Shown here: piece by piece, positions 19,797 to 29,571 of the stretch
Position numbering within the stretch: position 1 is the first letter of the stretch
Layout: each line of letters opens with the position of its first letter
NCBI GenBank assembly: GCA_965116925.1
Contig: OZ220744.1
Location: 4,736,001-4,800,000 of the forward strand
Source: Candidatus Poribacteria bacterium
GTDB lineage: Bacteria > Poribacteria > WGA-4E > PCPOR2b
Length of the DNA: 64,000 bases
Direction: 5' to 3'
Notes under the pieces: generated by a model
Told to the model about the DNA's origin: nothing
Seen by the model: only the letters and a program-made list of their open reading frames with translations
Database searches by the model: none
Program-made: the position numbers and the translations under genes

Positions 19797-20435
19797 TCAG
19801 AATAGGGTCAACTTGGGGGACTCAGGGGCTTCTAACATTTTACGTTTCGCTTCGGCAATATCATCAATCAGAACCTGTCGGGCACGCGTATACGCTTCGC
19901 CATCCTGCCTCAACACGAATGCCGGATTATAGGTCGCCAAAACGAATGGGGCGTAAAGTGTATCTGTGAACCATTGACCCCGCTCCTCGGTCATGCGAAA
20001 ACCTTTGTGGATGAGGGTATTGGCAGCAGGGCTCCCCATACATAGGATGACCGAGGGGCTAATCAACGTGAGCTCTCCGTCGAGCCATTTTGAGCACGCC
20101 TTAATCTCCCCGGCTTTCGGCGGACGGTTCTTTACCACGCCCCCCTCTCGGACAGCAGCCCGACATCTGAGGACGTTTGTTATCCAGAGTTCGTCACGGT
20201 CTAAGTCGTTCGCATGAAGCACCTCATCAAGCAGAACTCCAGATGGACCCGAAAATGGAATTAGCGTGTGTTCATCCGTCGCTGACGGACCCTCAGCAAC
20301 AATAACAAGTTTGGAGGTAGGATCGCCGTTACCGAAGACAACGTTCAACCGGGTTTCCGCCAGTCCGCAATCGGTACAGACGATCGCTTGTGCTTTCAAT
20401 GCTTCCATTTTTTCAAAAACTTCGGTCATTTCCAT
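19797..20435 (-). CDS. Uracil-DNA glycosylase, family 4 (4Fe-4S) type
   Basis: CTDC.L, VFG.G, AEGP, PFSG.SG, ITN.LRCR, NRPP...EI.AC. Confidence 0.88.
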   Translation of the reverse strand: MEMTEVFEKMEALKAQAIVCTDCGLAETRLNVVFGNGDPTSKLVIVAEGPSATDEHTLIPFSGPSGVLLDEVLHANDLDRDELWITNVLRCRAAVREGGVVKNRPPKAGEIKACSKWLDGELTLISPSVILCMGSPAANTLIHKGFRMTEERGQWFTDTLYAPFVLATYNPAFVLRQDGEAYTRARQVLIDDIAEAKRKMLEAPESPKLTLF

Positions 20436-20573
20436 CCCTCCTCAAATAAGTGTAGGACGAATAATAACACAGGGGATTGAAGGTTGTCAATTTCTATACC
20501 CAAATGCGGTTGTGTCAGAAAGTTGTTAGTCTGCTGCTTCCATTGGAAAACAACCCAAATCACCAACCGGCGA

Positions 20574-20778
20574 TAGGGTCATTTAATTCTCCCATATTAT
20601 TGCTGAATCACGGATAGACGCGGATTAACAGATTACACGGATAACAGATGCTATCGACAGTTGGCACAAGAACGCGCAATGAATTGCGCTACTACAAACG
20701 GTGGGGAGACCGGCTGCGCCGCCTGCGGATTCGTGTCATCCCGAAATCGCTCAAAAAATGGAAAACTAAATAGCCCTA
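20574..20778. repeat. MITE-like element (TIR TAGGGTCATTTAATT), copy with internal expansion
   Basis: Ends and internal GCCGCCT.CGGATTCG.GTCA shared with 36385-36505 and 43592-43686. Confidence 0.75.
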
Positions 20779-20796
20779 AACCGGCGAAACTTCCTA

Positions 20797-20825
20797 TTGA
20801 CAAAAAGGGGCTAGGCGTGTATCCT
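20797..20825 (+). promoter_or_regulatory. Putative sigma70 promoter
   Basis: TTGACA-17nt-TATCCT upstream of the amidohydrolase pair. Confidence 0.6.
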
Positions 20826-20859
20826 ATAAAAGACGCTACAACTGTTTAAGGAGAGAATT

Positions 20860-21942
20860 GTGGAGACATGGGATACAAAACCGAGCTTTGTTCGGTCAGA
20901 CCTTCCATTGATTGACGTTGACATTCATAATCGCGTACCATCGCTAGGCACCCTCTACCCATACCTACCGGACTTTTGGGTTGAGTACTGCAGCACCTCC
21001 GGATTCGGAGGACCCGAAATGGGTGACTACCCGGGAGGCGCACCGACATCAGCACTTCCAGATACGAAACCTGAGGACGGACCGCCGGGATCAGACTTAG
21101 AGTTGCTGCGAGAGCAGACGCTCGATTTCTGGGAAGCGGATTACGGCATCCTGAACTGCGCGTATTGGGTACAAACTGTCCATAATGAATATTTGGCAGC
21201 GGCACTCGCTACCGCGACCAACAACTGGCAGGTCGAACATTGGCTCGATCCAGAGCCGCGCTTGCGCGCTTCACTGGTTGTTTCGAGTCAGAATCCACTC
21301 ACAGCAGCGCAAGAAATTGAACGCATGGGCGACCACCCCGGATTTGTGCAGGTACTGTTACCCGTGCGCTCGTTGATGCCCTATGGCAAGCGACACTATG
21401 ACCCGATTTTTGAAGCTGCTGTCCGCCATAACCTTGTCGTTGGTATCCATTACGGTGGGGCTGCGGGTATTCCCCCAAGTCCGAGCGGTTGGTTTTCGAC
21501 CTACCTAGAGGAATATGCCGGCGCGGGTCAGATTTTCCAAGCCCAAGTCATCAGCTTGGTTACGGAAGGCACGTTCGACCGATTTCCAGATCTGCGAGTC
21601 GCCTTAATTGAAGGCGGCTTTACGTGGCTACCGTCCGTCATGTGGCGGATTGATAAGGAGTGGAGAGGGCTACGTCACATTACACCGTGGATTAGACGAT
21701 TGCCCTCGGACTATATGCGCGAACACCTCCGTTTTACGCTTCAGCCCATGGACGCACCGCCGGATCCCACGCAGTTCCTTCGGATGATTGGGCAGCTCGA
21801 TTCGGACGATATGTTGATGTTTTCAACTGACTACCCACACTGGCAATTTGATTCCCCGGAGGAGGCGTTGCCGATGGGATTACCAGAATCACTGATGAAG
21901 AAGATTCTAGCGGAAAATGCACGAGAGTTCTATCAGCTGTAA
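20860..21942 (+). CDS. Amidohydrolase-2 fold protein (AibH1-like subunit candidate)
   Basis: IDVDIH, GIHYGG, LIEGG, FSTDYPHWQFD. Confidence 0.85.
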   Translation: METWDTKPSFVRSDLPLIDVDIHNRVPSLGTLYPYLPDFWVEYCSTSGFGGPEMGDYPGGAPTSALPDTKPEDGPPGSDLELLREQTLDFWEADYGILNCAYWVQTVHNEYLAAALATATNNWQVEHWLDPEPRLRASLVVSSQNPLTAAQEIERMGDHPGFVQVLLPVRSLMPYGKRHYDPIFEAAVRHNLVVGIHYGGAAGIPPSPSGWFSTYLEEYAGAGQIFQAQVISLVTEGTFDRFPDLRVALIEGGFTWLPSVMWRIDKEWRGLRHITPWIRRLPSDYMREHLRFTLQPMDAPPDPTQFLRMIGQLDSDDMLMFSTDYPHWQFDSPEEALPMGLPESLMKKILAENAREFYQL

Positions 21943-22075
21943 AATGTATCAGGGTTGCTTTGCAAATCCTGTTCCAATCCATTTGGGGTGAGCGCATCTA
22001 AACTTGTTTAGCTAGCGAACCCCCAACTTGATCCTGAAAATCCAGAATTTCACGTTCAAAAAGGAGGAAACATAG

Positions 22076-23137
22076 ATGAAAAGCACACGGGAAAAAGTAC
22101 CCGTCATTGACACCGATATTCACAACACCCTTGCATCGCCGGAATCGCTGCATCCATACCTCTCTGAACGCTGGCGCAAGCATCAGGCGATGATAGGTGG
22201 GCGCGGACACGCTGGATCCAACTATCCACGGGGTATGCCCCACGCAGCGCGGCACGATGCCTGGCCCTCATCCGGGCTTTCACCGGGCGCAGATCTTGCC
22301 TTCATGCAGGAGCAATTGCTAGACGCTTGGGATTTTGAATACGGGGTTCTGAATCCATTGATGGGCGGCAGCGGACTCAATCTGGAGTACGTCGCAGCGA
22401 TCGCACGAGCGATTAACGATTGGCAAGTCGAAGAGTGGACTACACCCGAACCGCGCCTGAAAGCATCAATTGTCGTTCCCTATGAAGATGGGGAGTTGGC
22501 AGCGGAGGAGATTCATCGACGTGGTGAAGATCCGAATTTTGTGCAGGTGCTGTTGATTGCACGGACGGACGAACCCTTGGGACGGCGGAAGTATTGGAAG
22601 CTGTACGAAGCCGCAACGCAGTATGATCTCCCAATCGGCATCCACTTTGGTGGTACCGGTGCCGGTCCAATTACCGGCGCGGGTGCACCCTCCTACTACA
22701 TCGAGGACCACGGTGGTATGCCACAAGCGTTCCAGACGCAGGTGATCAGCCTTGTTTGCGAAGGCATCTTTGAACGCTTCCCCACACTCAAGTTTGTCTT
22801 AATTGAAGGGGGTTTCGCTTGGTTCCCACCGTTGATGTGGCGGCTCGATCAGAATTGGAAGAAACTGAAAGAGGAGGTTCCCGATCTGAAAAAGTTGCCG
22901 TCAGAGTATATGAAGGAACATTTTTGGCTCAGTTCGCAGCCGGTGGAAGAACCTCCCAAACGGGAATATTTCGACCTGTTACTTGAGCAGCTCAACGCAA
23001 AAGAGAAGTTAATGTTCGCAACCGATTATCCGCATTGGGACTTCGATGCGCCCGATCGCGCCTTCCCGACGAGTATCGCGCCGGACGTAAGGCGACGGAT
23101 TATGGCGGATAATGCACGCGAACTGTATAACTTGTAG
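22076..23137 (+). CDS. Amidohydrolase-2 fold protein (AibH2-like dinuclear oxygenase candidate)
   Basis: IDTDIH, GIHFGG, LIEGG, FATDYPHWDFD; paralog of the preceding gene. Confidence 0.85.
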   Translation: MKSTREKVPVIDTDIHNTLASPESLHPYLSERWRKHQAMIGGRGHAGSNYPRGMPHAARHDAWPSSGLSPGADLAFMQEQLLDAWDFEYGVLNPLMGGSGLNLEYVAAIARAINDWQVEEWTTPEPRLKASIVVPYEDGELAAEEIHRRGEDPNFVQVLLIARTDEPLGRRKYWKLYEAATQYDLPIGIHFGGTGAGPITGAGAPSYYIEDHGGMPQAFQTQVISLVCEGIFERFPTLKFVLIEGGFAWFPPLMWRLDQNWKKLKEEVPDLKKLPSEYMKEHFWLSSQPVEEPPKREYFDLLLEQLNAKEKLMFATDYPHWDFDAPDRAFPTSIAPDVRRRIMADNARELYNL

Positions 23138-23160
23138 AGTTCTGCAAATCAACAAATCGT

Positions 23161-23210
23161 TCAGGGGTTCGGTTCATGGAGAGTTCATGATATCTGAACC
23201 CCTGATCTTT
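23161..23210 (+). terminator. Hairpin / possible terminator after the amidohydrolase pair
   Basis: TCAGGGGTTC...GAACCCCTGA followed by TCTTT. Confidence 0.5.
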
Positions 23211-23218
23211 ATACTACA

Positions 23219-23339
23219 TAGGACTTACGCAGCGCGTTCATAAGTCCCCCTGATTTTCATAAGTCCCCCTGACAAGGGGGATTTAGGGGGTTAAAAATCA
23301 AAAATCTACCTCTCGTCTGCTAAATTTGCGTAAGGCCCG
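23219..23339. repeat. MITE-like element (TIR TAGGACTTACGCA) carrying a CCCCCTGACAAGGGGG palindrome
   Basis: Ends TAGGACTTACGCA / TGCGTAAGGCCC, same family as 57631-57975; internal direct duplication TTCATAAGTCCCCCTGA. Confidence 0.75.
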
Positions 23340-23368
23340 CTACATTTCACACAATACAATAGAATCTT

Positions 23369-23800
23369 ATGGCAAAACATGTAGTTGCAACCGTAGACGA
23401 AATTCCGCCGGGTGAACGCAAAATCGTCGAACTTGAAGGACGATCACTCGGCGTTTTTAATATTAATGGCGAGTTTTATGCCGTGCGAAACATCTGCCCC
23501 CATCAGGGTGCTCCCCTGTGCGAGGGACGTTTGACAGGTCTTCTTCAGTCTGATATGCCCGGTGAATACAGATACACCCGCAAAGGCGAAATCTTGCGTT
23601 GTGTTTGGCACGGTTGGGAGTTTGATATCAAAACGGGGCAGTCGTGGTGGAACCCCGCGCAGAAGCGTGTCAGAAAGTACCCGGTGGAGGTAGAGGACGG
23701 GGCGACGGTGGCATCGGGGCTGCAAAAGGGGCCGTACACCGCCGAGACCTATTCTGTATCCGTCGATCAGCAGTATGTGGTTATTGACATGCCTGAATAG
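23369..23800 (+). CDS. Rieske [2Fe-2S] ferredoxin
   Basis: CPHQG...CVWHGWEFD. Confidence 0.92.
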   Translation: MAKHVVATVDEIPPGERKIVELEGRSLGVFNINGEFYAVRNICPHQGAPLCEGRLTGLLQSDMPGEYRYTRKGEILRCVWHGWEFDIKTGQSWWNPAQKRVRKYPVEVEDGATVASGLQKGPYTAETYSVSVDQQYVVIDMPE

Positions 23801-23817
23801 AAGAGTGGAGGCAAACA

Positions 23818-24039
23818 GTGTTACAAACCATTGAAGCTACGATTGATGAACAGGGCAACGTGCGATTATTAGAGCCAATCTAGTTGTCAAAACCACGCCG
23901 AGCATTTGTGACGATTCTTACCGAAGAGCAAGAGCTGCCCGAAACTGCATTGCTCAGTGAAGCTGCACTTGCTGAAGACTAGAATCGTTCTGAGGAAGAC
24001 ACCGCATGGCCACACCTACAACAAGGACAGTTGTCTTAA
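23818..24039 (+). pseudogene. Antitoxin-like gene with two internal TAG stops
   Basis: GTG after GGAGG reads MLQTIEATIDEQGNVRLLEPI*LSKPRRAFVTIL...LLSEAALAED*NRSEEDTAWPHLQ; stops at 23881 and 23980. Confidence 0.7.
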
Positions 24040-24110
24040 TACCTTTTCCATTTTCTGACTTGTCACAAGCAAAACTAAGACCTGCGGCGGATGCTGAACT
24101 AAAGCATTAG
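24006..24110 (+). pseudogene. Truncated PemK/MazF-family toxin (N-terminus only)
   Basis: MATPTTRTVVLIPFPFSDLSQAKLRPA, a typical MazF N-terminal motif, then diverges and stops after 34 aa. Confidence 0.75.
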
Positions 24111-24142
24111 ATGAAAACTCAATTAAAAAGAGATAACTCAGA

Positions 24143-24370
24143 ATGGCAAGGATTGATAAACTAAAGGAAGAAATTGGTTGGTTAAAAATTATATTCGCCA
24201 TCCTGATTGCCACCGACATTTCACTGGTCGCTTGGGTGATTCAGCACTACGGAAAAACCAGCCTCCTTTTGCTTATAGTTGGTACGATAGGGGTGCTCCT
24301 GCTTACACTTGTGATCATTTGGATCAATAGAGTTGCATATCGAAAGATTAATGAATTGGAGGAATTGTAA
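24143..24370 (+). CDS. Small two-TM hypothetical protein
   Basis: 75 aa with two hydrophobic segments. Confidence 0.65.
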   Translation: MARIDKLKEEIGWLKIIFAILIATDISLVAWVIQHYGKTSLLLLIVGTIGVLLLTLVIIWINRVAYRKINELEEL

Positions 24371-24462
24371 TGGAATGGTTTGCAGTTGTTGTGCTTGTAG
24401 TGTTTCTCGTTGGCATAGGCATAGTTACACGAGACGCCATAAAAAATGCCAACAAACGTTAA
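24370..24462 (+). CDS. Putative 30-aa single-TM peptide
   Basis: MEWFAVVVLVVFLVGIGIVTRDAIKNANKR; TAATG overlap with the upstream stop and GGAGG upstream. Confidence 0.55.
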   Translation: MEWFAVVVLVVFLVGIGIVTRDAIKNANKR

Positions 24463-24550
24463 CAATAATTCGCCATCCCCACTGCCGGCAGATTTTGGGG
24501 CAAACTTTTTTCGTTAGACTGATATACAGCAAAAGAAATTGGAAGATAAT

Positions 24551-24774
24551 ATGAAAACCAACTGGCGGGATTGTATCGTTAGTACACCCGATATACTACG
24601 GGGCAAGCCGCGTATTAAGGGTACGAGAATCCCTGTAAGTCTTATCCTTGGATATTTGGCAGCAGATCAGACCGCAGACCAGATTATTGCTGAGTTTCCA
24701 GATCTACGGCAAACACAAATTCTCGCATGTCTCGATTATGCACGGAGTTAGTAGAAGCTAAGGTGGCAGCTTAA
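24551..24774 (+). pseudogene. DUF433 antitoxin-like protein with probable 1-nt deletion near the 3' end
   Basis: GKPRIKGTRIPV, I.AEFPDL...I.ACL.YA. The ORF stops at 24751; adding one G gives ARELVEAKVAA* ending in TAATG overlap with the MTase. Confidence 0.65.
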
Positions 24775-26042
24775 TGGAATTGATCAGACCCGCATCAGAG
24801 TCAAGGAGTTCTGTGTCGTTTGACCAACCCTTGGATCAAGCTCATCTGGATATTGATGACAAGAAGCGGGCAAATCTCCTCGCGTGGCGTGGTCAATTCT
24901 CGCCTCAGTTCGTCCAAACTATCCTTGAAAACTATGCCAATAAGGATGATGTAGTTCTTGACCCATTTGTTGGTAGTGGAACAGTATTAGTGGAGTCTGC
25001 TCATCTAGGTCACAAAGCATTTGGTTATGAAGTAAACCCAGCTGCTGAATTGTTGGCAAAGGTTTACACATTTGCTAGTTATAGCAGAAAAGAACGGAAG
25101 TCCCTGATTTCAAATACGGACAGTTACCTATCAAAGTTTATTCCTTTGGGGCTTCCCCTCTTTGAACAAGGTGGCGTAAGTTCTAGTGACAGCATATCCA
25201 TCACGCCTCTTATTTCTAACTTGACTCAACTAAAAAATCGCGATGTTAAAGCTTTGGTTGAAGCCTTAATCGTAAAATTAGATTTGAGGGACTACAGTAT
25301 TTCGACGGAATCCTTCTGGTCAAAATGGAATGAACTCCGTTGCCTTGTTGAAACCTTGCCACAAGCTAAAAAAACGATTTCCGTATCATTGGGAGACGCA
25401 AGATATCTACCGCTAGATGACAACGTTATTGATTTTGTTCTTACTTCCCCGCCTTACATTAATGTGTTCAATTACCATCACAATTACCGCGCTTCGGTTG
25501 AGATGCTGGGGTGGAAGCCGCTTGTATCAGCAAAGTCTGAAATTGGCGCAAATCGTAAGTTCCGGCAGAATCGATTTCTAACAGTTATACAATACTGCAT
25601 TGATATGAGTCTATCGCTATCTGAGTTGGTACGGGTTTGTTGTGATATTGCAAGAGTGGTCTTTGTCGTAGGCAGAGAGTCCAACGTGCACAGAACCGCC
25701 TTTTTCAACGGTGCTATTTTACGCCGCCTTGCGGAAGATGTTGTCGGTATCCAAACGACTTTACAACAAGAACGCAAATTCCAGAACAAATTCGGCAATA
25801 CTATCAAAGAGGATATATTACACTTTATTCCTAGAGGTGCAAGTCCCCCCAGTCCTGCTCTTATTATCAGTCAGGCTCGAGAAATTGGAGAAGAAATGCT
25901 CTCGATTGCACGGCAGACAGTACCAGCAGATAGACGAAAATATCTCGAAGATGCAATCTCGCGCGTACAGGATATAGACCCTTCACCGCAATTCATACCG
26001 TCACAAGCAAAAGAATCATGGCACTACCAACACCACACTTAG
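24774..26042 (+). CDS. Amino-DNA methyltransferase (SPPY type, likely N4-cytosine)
   Basis: VLDPFVGSGT followed by TSPPY; AT-richer than the flanks. Confidence 0.88.
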   Translation: MELIRPASESRSSVSFDQPLDQAHLDIDDKKRANLLAWRGQFSPQFVQTILENYANKDDVVLDPFVGSGTVLVESAHLGHKAFGYEVNPAAELLAKVYTFASYSRKERKSLISNTDSYLSKFIPLGLPLFEQGGVSSSDSISITPLISNLTQLKNRDVKALVEALIVKLDLRDYSISTESFWSKWNELRCLVETLPQAKKTISVSLGDARYLPLDDNVIDFVLTSPPYINVFNYHHNYRASVEMLGWKPLVSAKSEIGANRKFRQNRFLTVIQYCIDMSLSLSELVRVCCDIARVVFVVGRESNVHRTAFFNGAILRRLAEDVVGIQTTLQQERKFQNKFGNTIKEDILHFIPRGASPPSPALIISQAREIGEEMLSIARQTVPADRRKYLEDAISRVQDIDPSPQFIPSQAKESWHYQHHT

Positions 26043-26929
26043 ATAAGCTTAACGCACTGCTTGATAACGACAAACTCCCTATCAACGACAAGGAACGAAT
26101 AGATCATGCCATAGAAAAATATCATGAATGGATACAGGCCATGATTGACACTGAAGGAGAGCAATCAGCCGTTATTAACCGTTTGGTTACCTTGCTCTCC
26201 GAATACAAACAGTTTATTGATCTCAATACCATATTTGATAGTGAGAGTGATTTTCTATATCGGCAAAAAGGACAACTAAAGCTTGATAATACAGTAGTCG
26301 AGGAATTTTTGCCTCACCTGATTTCCAAATCCCTGCCCGAACTTGATGAAGATATGTACGTTGGTCCTCAATCGTGCTTTTCTGCCGCATACTTTACATC
26401 AACTATAACACGGCGCGAATACGGGGGTGGCCTTCATATACGCACAAAAGCTCAAGACTTCACGATTGCAAGAAAACTCTTTATACAAACGTCATATGAT
26501 TCAGATTTTAACAACCAAATCCTAAAACGAGAAACATACCTCGGCTATATATGTGCCGAGTGTAAAACAAATCTTGATAAAACAATGTTTCAGGAGGCCT
26601 CAGCAACCGCACATGATGTAAAAACAGCAGTACCTGGGGCGAAATATTACCTGCTTTGTGAATGGCTTGACATGACTCCTATCAACACTACACCAACCGA
26701 TATTGACGAAGTACTTCTTCTGCGGAAAGCTAAAAGAATTGGTTCACAGGTAAGACATCACTATGCAACATATCAAGGTAGGCAACAAGTTCGTGAGGAA
26801 TATGCGAGATACCTCAATGAGAATCCATTTTCGCCGGAGGTATTTGCCCGCTTTGTGTCCCACATAGCGGGTGTTCTAACTGATACGGATCCGGATGAAG
26901 GAAGCGTGTTAAGCGGAGGCTATTTCTGA
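26018..26929 (+). CDS. Type II restriction endonuclease, Bpu10I-like family
   Basis: TPH.DKL, RQKGQLKLDN..EEFL, QDF, ECKTNLDKTMFQEA, LCEWLDM; overlaps the MTase. Confidence 0.82.
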   Translation: MALPTPHLDKLNALLDNDKLPINDKERIDHAIEKYHEWIQAMIDTEGEQSAVINRLVTLLSEYKQFIDLNTIFDSESDFLYRQKGQLKLDNTVVEEFLPHLISKSLPELDEDMYVGPQSCFSAAYFTSTITRREYGGGLHIRTKAQDFTIARKLFIQTSYDSDFNNQILKRETYLGYICAECKTNLDKTMFQEASATAHDVKTAVPGAKYYLLCEWLDMTPINTTPTDIDEVLLLRKAKRIGSQVRHHYATYQGRQQVREEYARYLNENPFSPEVFARFVSHIAGVLTDTDPDEGSVLSGGYF

Positions 26930-26954
26930 ACAAGGAACAACAAGGAAACCACAC

Positions 26955-28145
26955 ATGTCAAAACTAAATATCGCGCTGATCGGTGCAGGCAGACGCGGTG
27001 GGGGTGCACACCTGCCGGTGATTGCCAAACTGAAAGATGTTTACAACCTCGTCGCAATCTGTGATATAGACCAAACGGTCGCTCAACAGTACGCCGAGCA
27101 GTACGGTGCGACCCCCTACACCAACGTCCGAGATCTGGTGGCGCATGAAAAACTGGATGCCGTGGACATCACTGTGCCCGGAGTCGCCCATCACGCCATC
27201 GCTTGTTTCATGGCAGATGCCGGTGTGAACATCATCGTTGAAACGCCAATCGCTGTGACATTGCCAACGACGGATCTCATGATCTCAGCGGCAAAGAAAA
27301 ACAACGTCAAGTTGGAAGTGGCAGAAAACTACTACCGTGCACCACGAGAACGTTTTCTATCCGCTGTGATTGATGCAGGTGTAATAGGCGAGGTAGGGCG
27401 AATCTACCGGATTTTCTACGAAGGCGGCTACCACGGCATGAGTATGCTTCGGCTGCGTGCGAATGGAGAGCCGAAGTCAATCCTCGGTATCGCTCAATCC
27501 ACGCCGGTCATTCCAATCATTGATCGCATGAAACGGCACCACACAAGCGATAACTGGACATTCGGTTTCCTAGAGTTTGACAACAACGCAACCGCCCTGA
27601 TGGTCTATTCCAACGTCATCCATGCCCGTTCGCTGGGGCGTGGGCAGGGCGGCATTTCGCAGATTGACGGCAGCAAAGGAACAATTGTCGGGGAAGAGAT
27701 CCACGTTGTACCTCCCGAAGATCTGGAGAACGGCGCGAAAAGTATCGGTTATCAGCCGAAGCGTACGACAATTGATGTGGATGGAACAGAGGTGATCGAG
27801 AAGATCGAACTGGAGCTTCCTGACCAACTGATTACATGGGAAAATCCGCTAAAGAATTACCCGCTCACCGAGGGACAGATCCCTGTCGCCGACGAACTGT
27901 TGAGTCTCGCAAATGCAATCCTCCATGACACCGAGCCGGCGTACGGAGCACAACTAGGACGGCAAGATCAGGAGATGAATATCGCCATGAGCGAATCCGC
28001 TAAACAGAGTCGAGCTACCTTGACCTTCCCGCTGACCGATCTCACCGAAACCGAGCGCGACATACACGATAGATATGAAGGACAGCACGGCCATCCGATA
28101 GATGATGTCGAAGCTGGTATTGACCTCTTCTTCCCGCGTCAATGA
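26955..28145 (+). CDS. Gfo/Idh/MocA family oxidoreductase
   Basis: IALIGAG, LVAICD, VETPIA, VAENY. Confidence 0.88.
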   Translation: MSKLNIALIGAGRRGGGAHLPVIAKLKDVYNLVAICDIDQTVAQQYAEQYGATPYTNVRDLVAHEKLDAVDITVPGVAHHAIACFMADAGVNIIVETPIAVTLPTTDLMISAAKKNNVKLEVAENYYRAPRERFLSAVIDAGVIGEVGRIYRIFYEGGYHGMSMLRLRANGEPKSILGIAQSTPVIPIIDRMKRHHTSDNWTFGFLEFDNNATALMVYSNVIHARSLGRGQGGISQIDGSKGTIVGEEIHVVPPEDLENGAKSIGYQPKRTTIDVDGTEVIEKIELELPDQLITWENPLKNYPLTEGQIPVADELLSLANAILHDTEPAYGAQLGRQDQEMNIAMSESAKQSRATLTFPLTDLTETERDIHDRYEGQHGHPIDDVEAGIDLFFPRQ

Positions 28146-29272
28146 TATTCCGCTGATACCAAAGAACTGAAATGTTCCTCGTCCCATTCCGCACCCCACC
28201 CCGGTGCGTCTGGTGGAGACAGGTGCCCCTCTGAAACCAACGGCGCATTCAGCATCCCCCACTCCTGCCCTTGCTGGCGGTTTCCATCGGCGGCAGCGGA
28301 AAAGGACTCGTAGAAATCCGTGTTATCAATACAGCATCCCAGGTGTGCATGAAGGAGTCCAAATAACCCACCCTGACCGTTGAGTTCCACATTCGTCCCA
28401 TACAGTTCAGCGAAGTGAGCCAACTTCAGGACCTGAGTTGTACCGTGCCGAGCATTGACACGGAGGCGGTCTGTTGCGCCGTGGATGAGCCACTGTGAGG
28501 ACAGTCCAATATCGTGCATCAACATCTCCGTCGCCATCACCGGAATTGTTAGCTCTCGGCACAGTTCTTGGTAGAGATTCATCTTCTGTTCATGGAACGG
28601 CTCCTCCAGCCAGACAAAGTCCAATTCCTCCATGACATGCCCTACCTCAATTGCCTCACGCAAGGTATAAGAGCAAACCGGATCGTGGAGCAGTACATAG
28701 TCAGGTCCGACAGCCTCCCGGACCTCACGTAAAATCGGGATATCCGCTTTGCCGCCCTTGTAGGAATGGAACTTGTAGGCACTGATCCCTATCTCTCGTC
28801 CTGCCTCAATGGCTCCCAGATAATCCGCCACCGTGCCATCCCCACCCGTCAGGTAGACAGGGAATTGCTCTCGCACCCGCCCCACCAAGGCATAGACAGG
28901 AAGCCCCGCAGCTTTGCCAGCGATGTCCCAGAGACAGTTGTCAAAATCCCCAAACCAACCGGGCGGTTGGTAAACCCAGCGCGTTCCTTTGTGCAGCATC
29001 TGGTATAGTTTTTCCCGATCCAGTGGGTCCTCGCCCACCACCTGCGCCCGCAAAATCGCGGCCTGTGCAGGAGACATCGTGGTGGTACATCTGCCCGTGA
29101 TGCCAGCATCGGTTTCCACCTGAATAAAGGTCTGTTGAGTTGGCTGATTGCTCGGTAGCCCTTTGTGGGTATACTGAATGCGGCGCAGATTCGGAACTTG
29201 TACCAACTTATGTCCACTGCCCTTGCGCTCTGAATGCTCAAGGACGTAGAGTTTTACAGCTGTGATTTTCAT
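28139..29272 (-). CDS. Mandelate racemase/muconate lactonising enzyme (enolase superfamily)
   Basis: MKIT.V, LWDIAGK..GLPVY.L.G, YKFH, WLEEP, P..PGWG.E. Confidence 0.88.
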   Translation of the reverse strand: MKITAVKLYVLEHSERKGSGHKLVQVPNLRRIQYTHKGLPSNQPTQQTFIQVETDAGITGRCTTTMSPAQAAILRAQVVGEDPLDREKLYQMLHKGTRWVYQPPGWFGDFDNCLWDIAGKAAGLPVYALVGRVREQFPVYLTGGDGTVADYLGAIEAGREIGISAYKFHSYKGGKADIPILREVREAVGPDYVLLHDPVCSYTLREAIEVGHVMEELDFVWLEEPFHEQKMNLYQELCRELTIPVMATEMLMHDIGLSSQWLIHGATDRLRVNARHGTTQVLKLAHFAELYGTNVELNGQGGLFGLLHAHLGCCIDNTDFYESFSAAADGNRQQGQEWGMLNAPLVSEGHLSPPDAPGWGAEWDEEHFSSLVSAEYH

Positions 29273-29571
29273 AGCGTTTCTCCGTTAAATCGTCTCATGG
29301 ATGTTTCTCTATAAGAAATGGTGTGCAGCAGAGTACGACGTCCGGATAGTGTAGCCGATTGACCAATCTGGATCAACCTCAAAAAATCGATTGCGAGTGC
29401 AAATAGGCTATTTTCCACTTGACGTGCTCACCAATTTCTGCGAAGATAAAATAATATTCAAAATCCCTGTTGATAAAATATAACGAAACTTGCCTGAAAG
29501 AATTGGAGATACGCCCACTAGGGCGAAGTTCCATCTATTTTATCATTACTTACAACTTAGGAGGAGTAGTT

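Noticed and set aside
23818..24039. Amber readthrough (pyrrolysine) suggested by in-frame TAGs here and at 2147
   Set aside because: The TAGs sit where Gln/Trp codons are plausible, the neighbouring toxin is truncated, and TAG is a normal stop in intact genes such as aroA and clpX.
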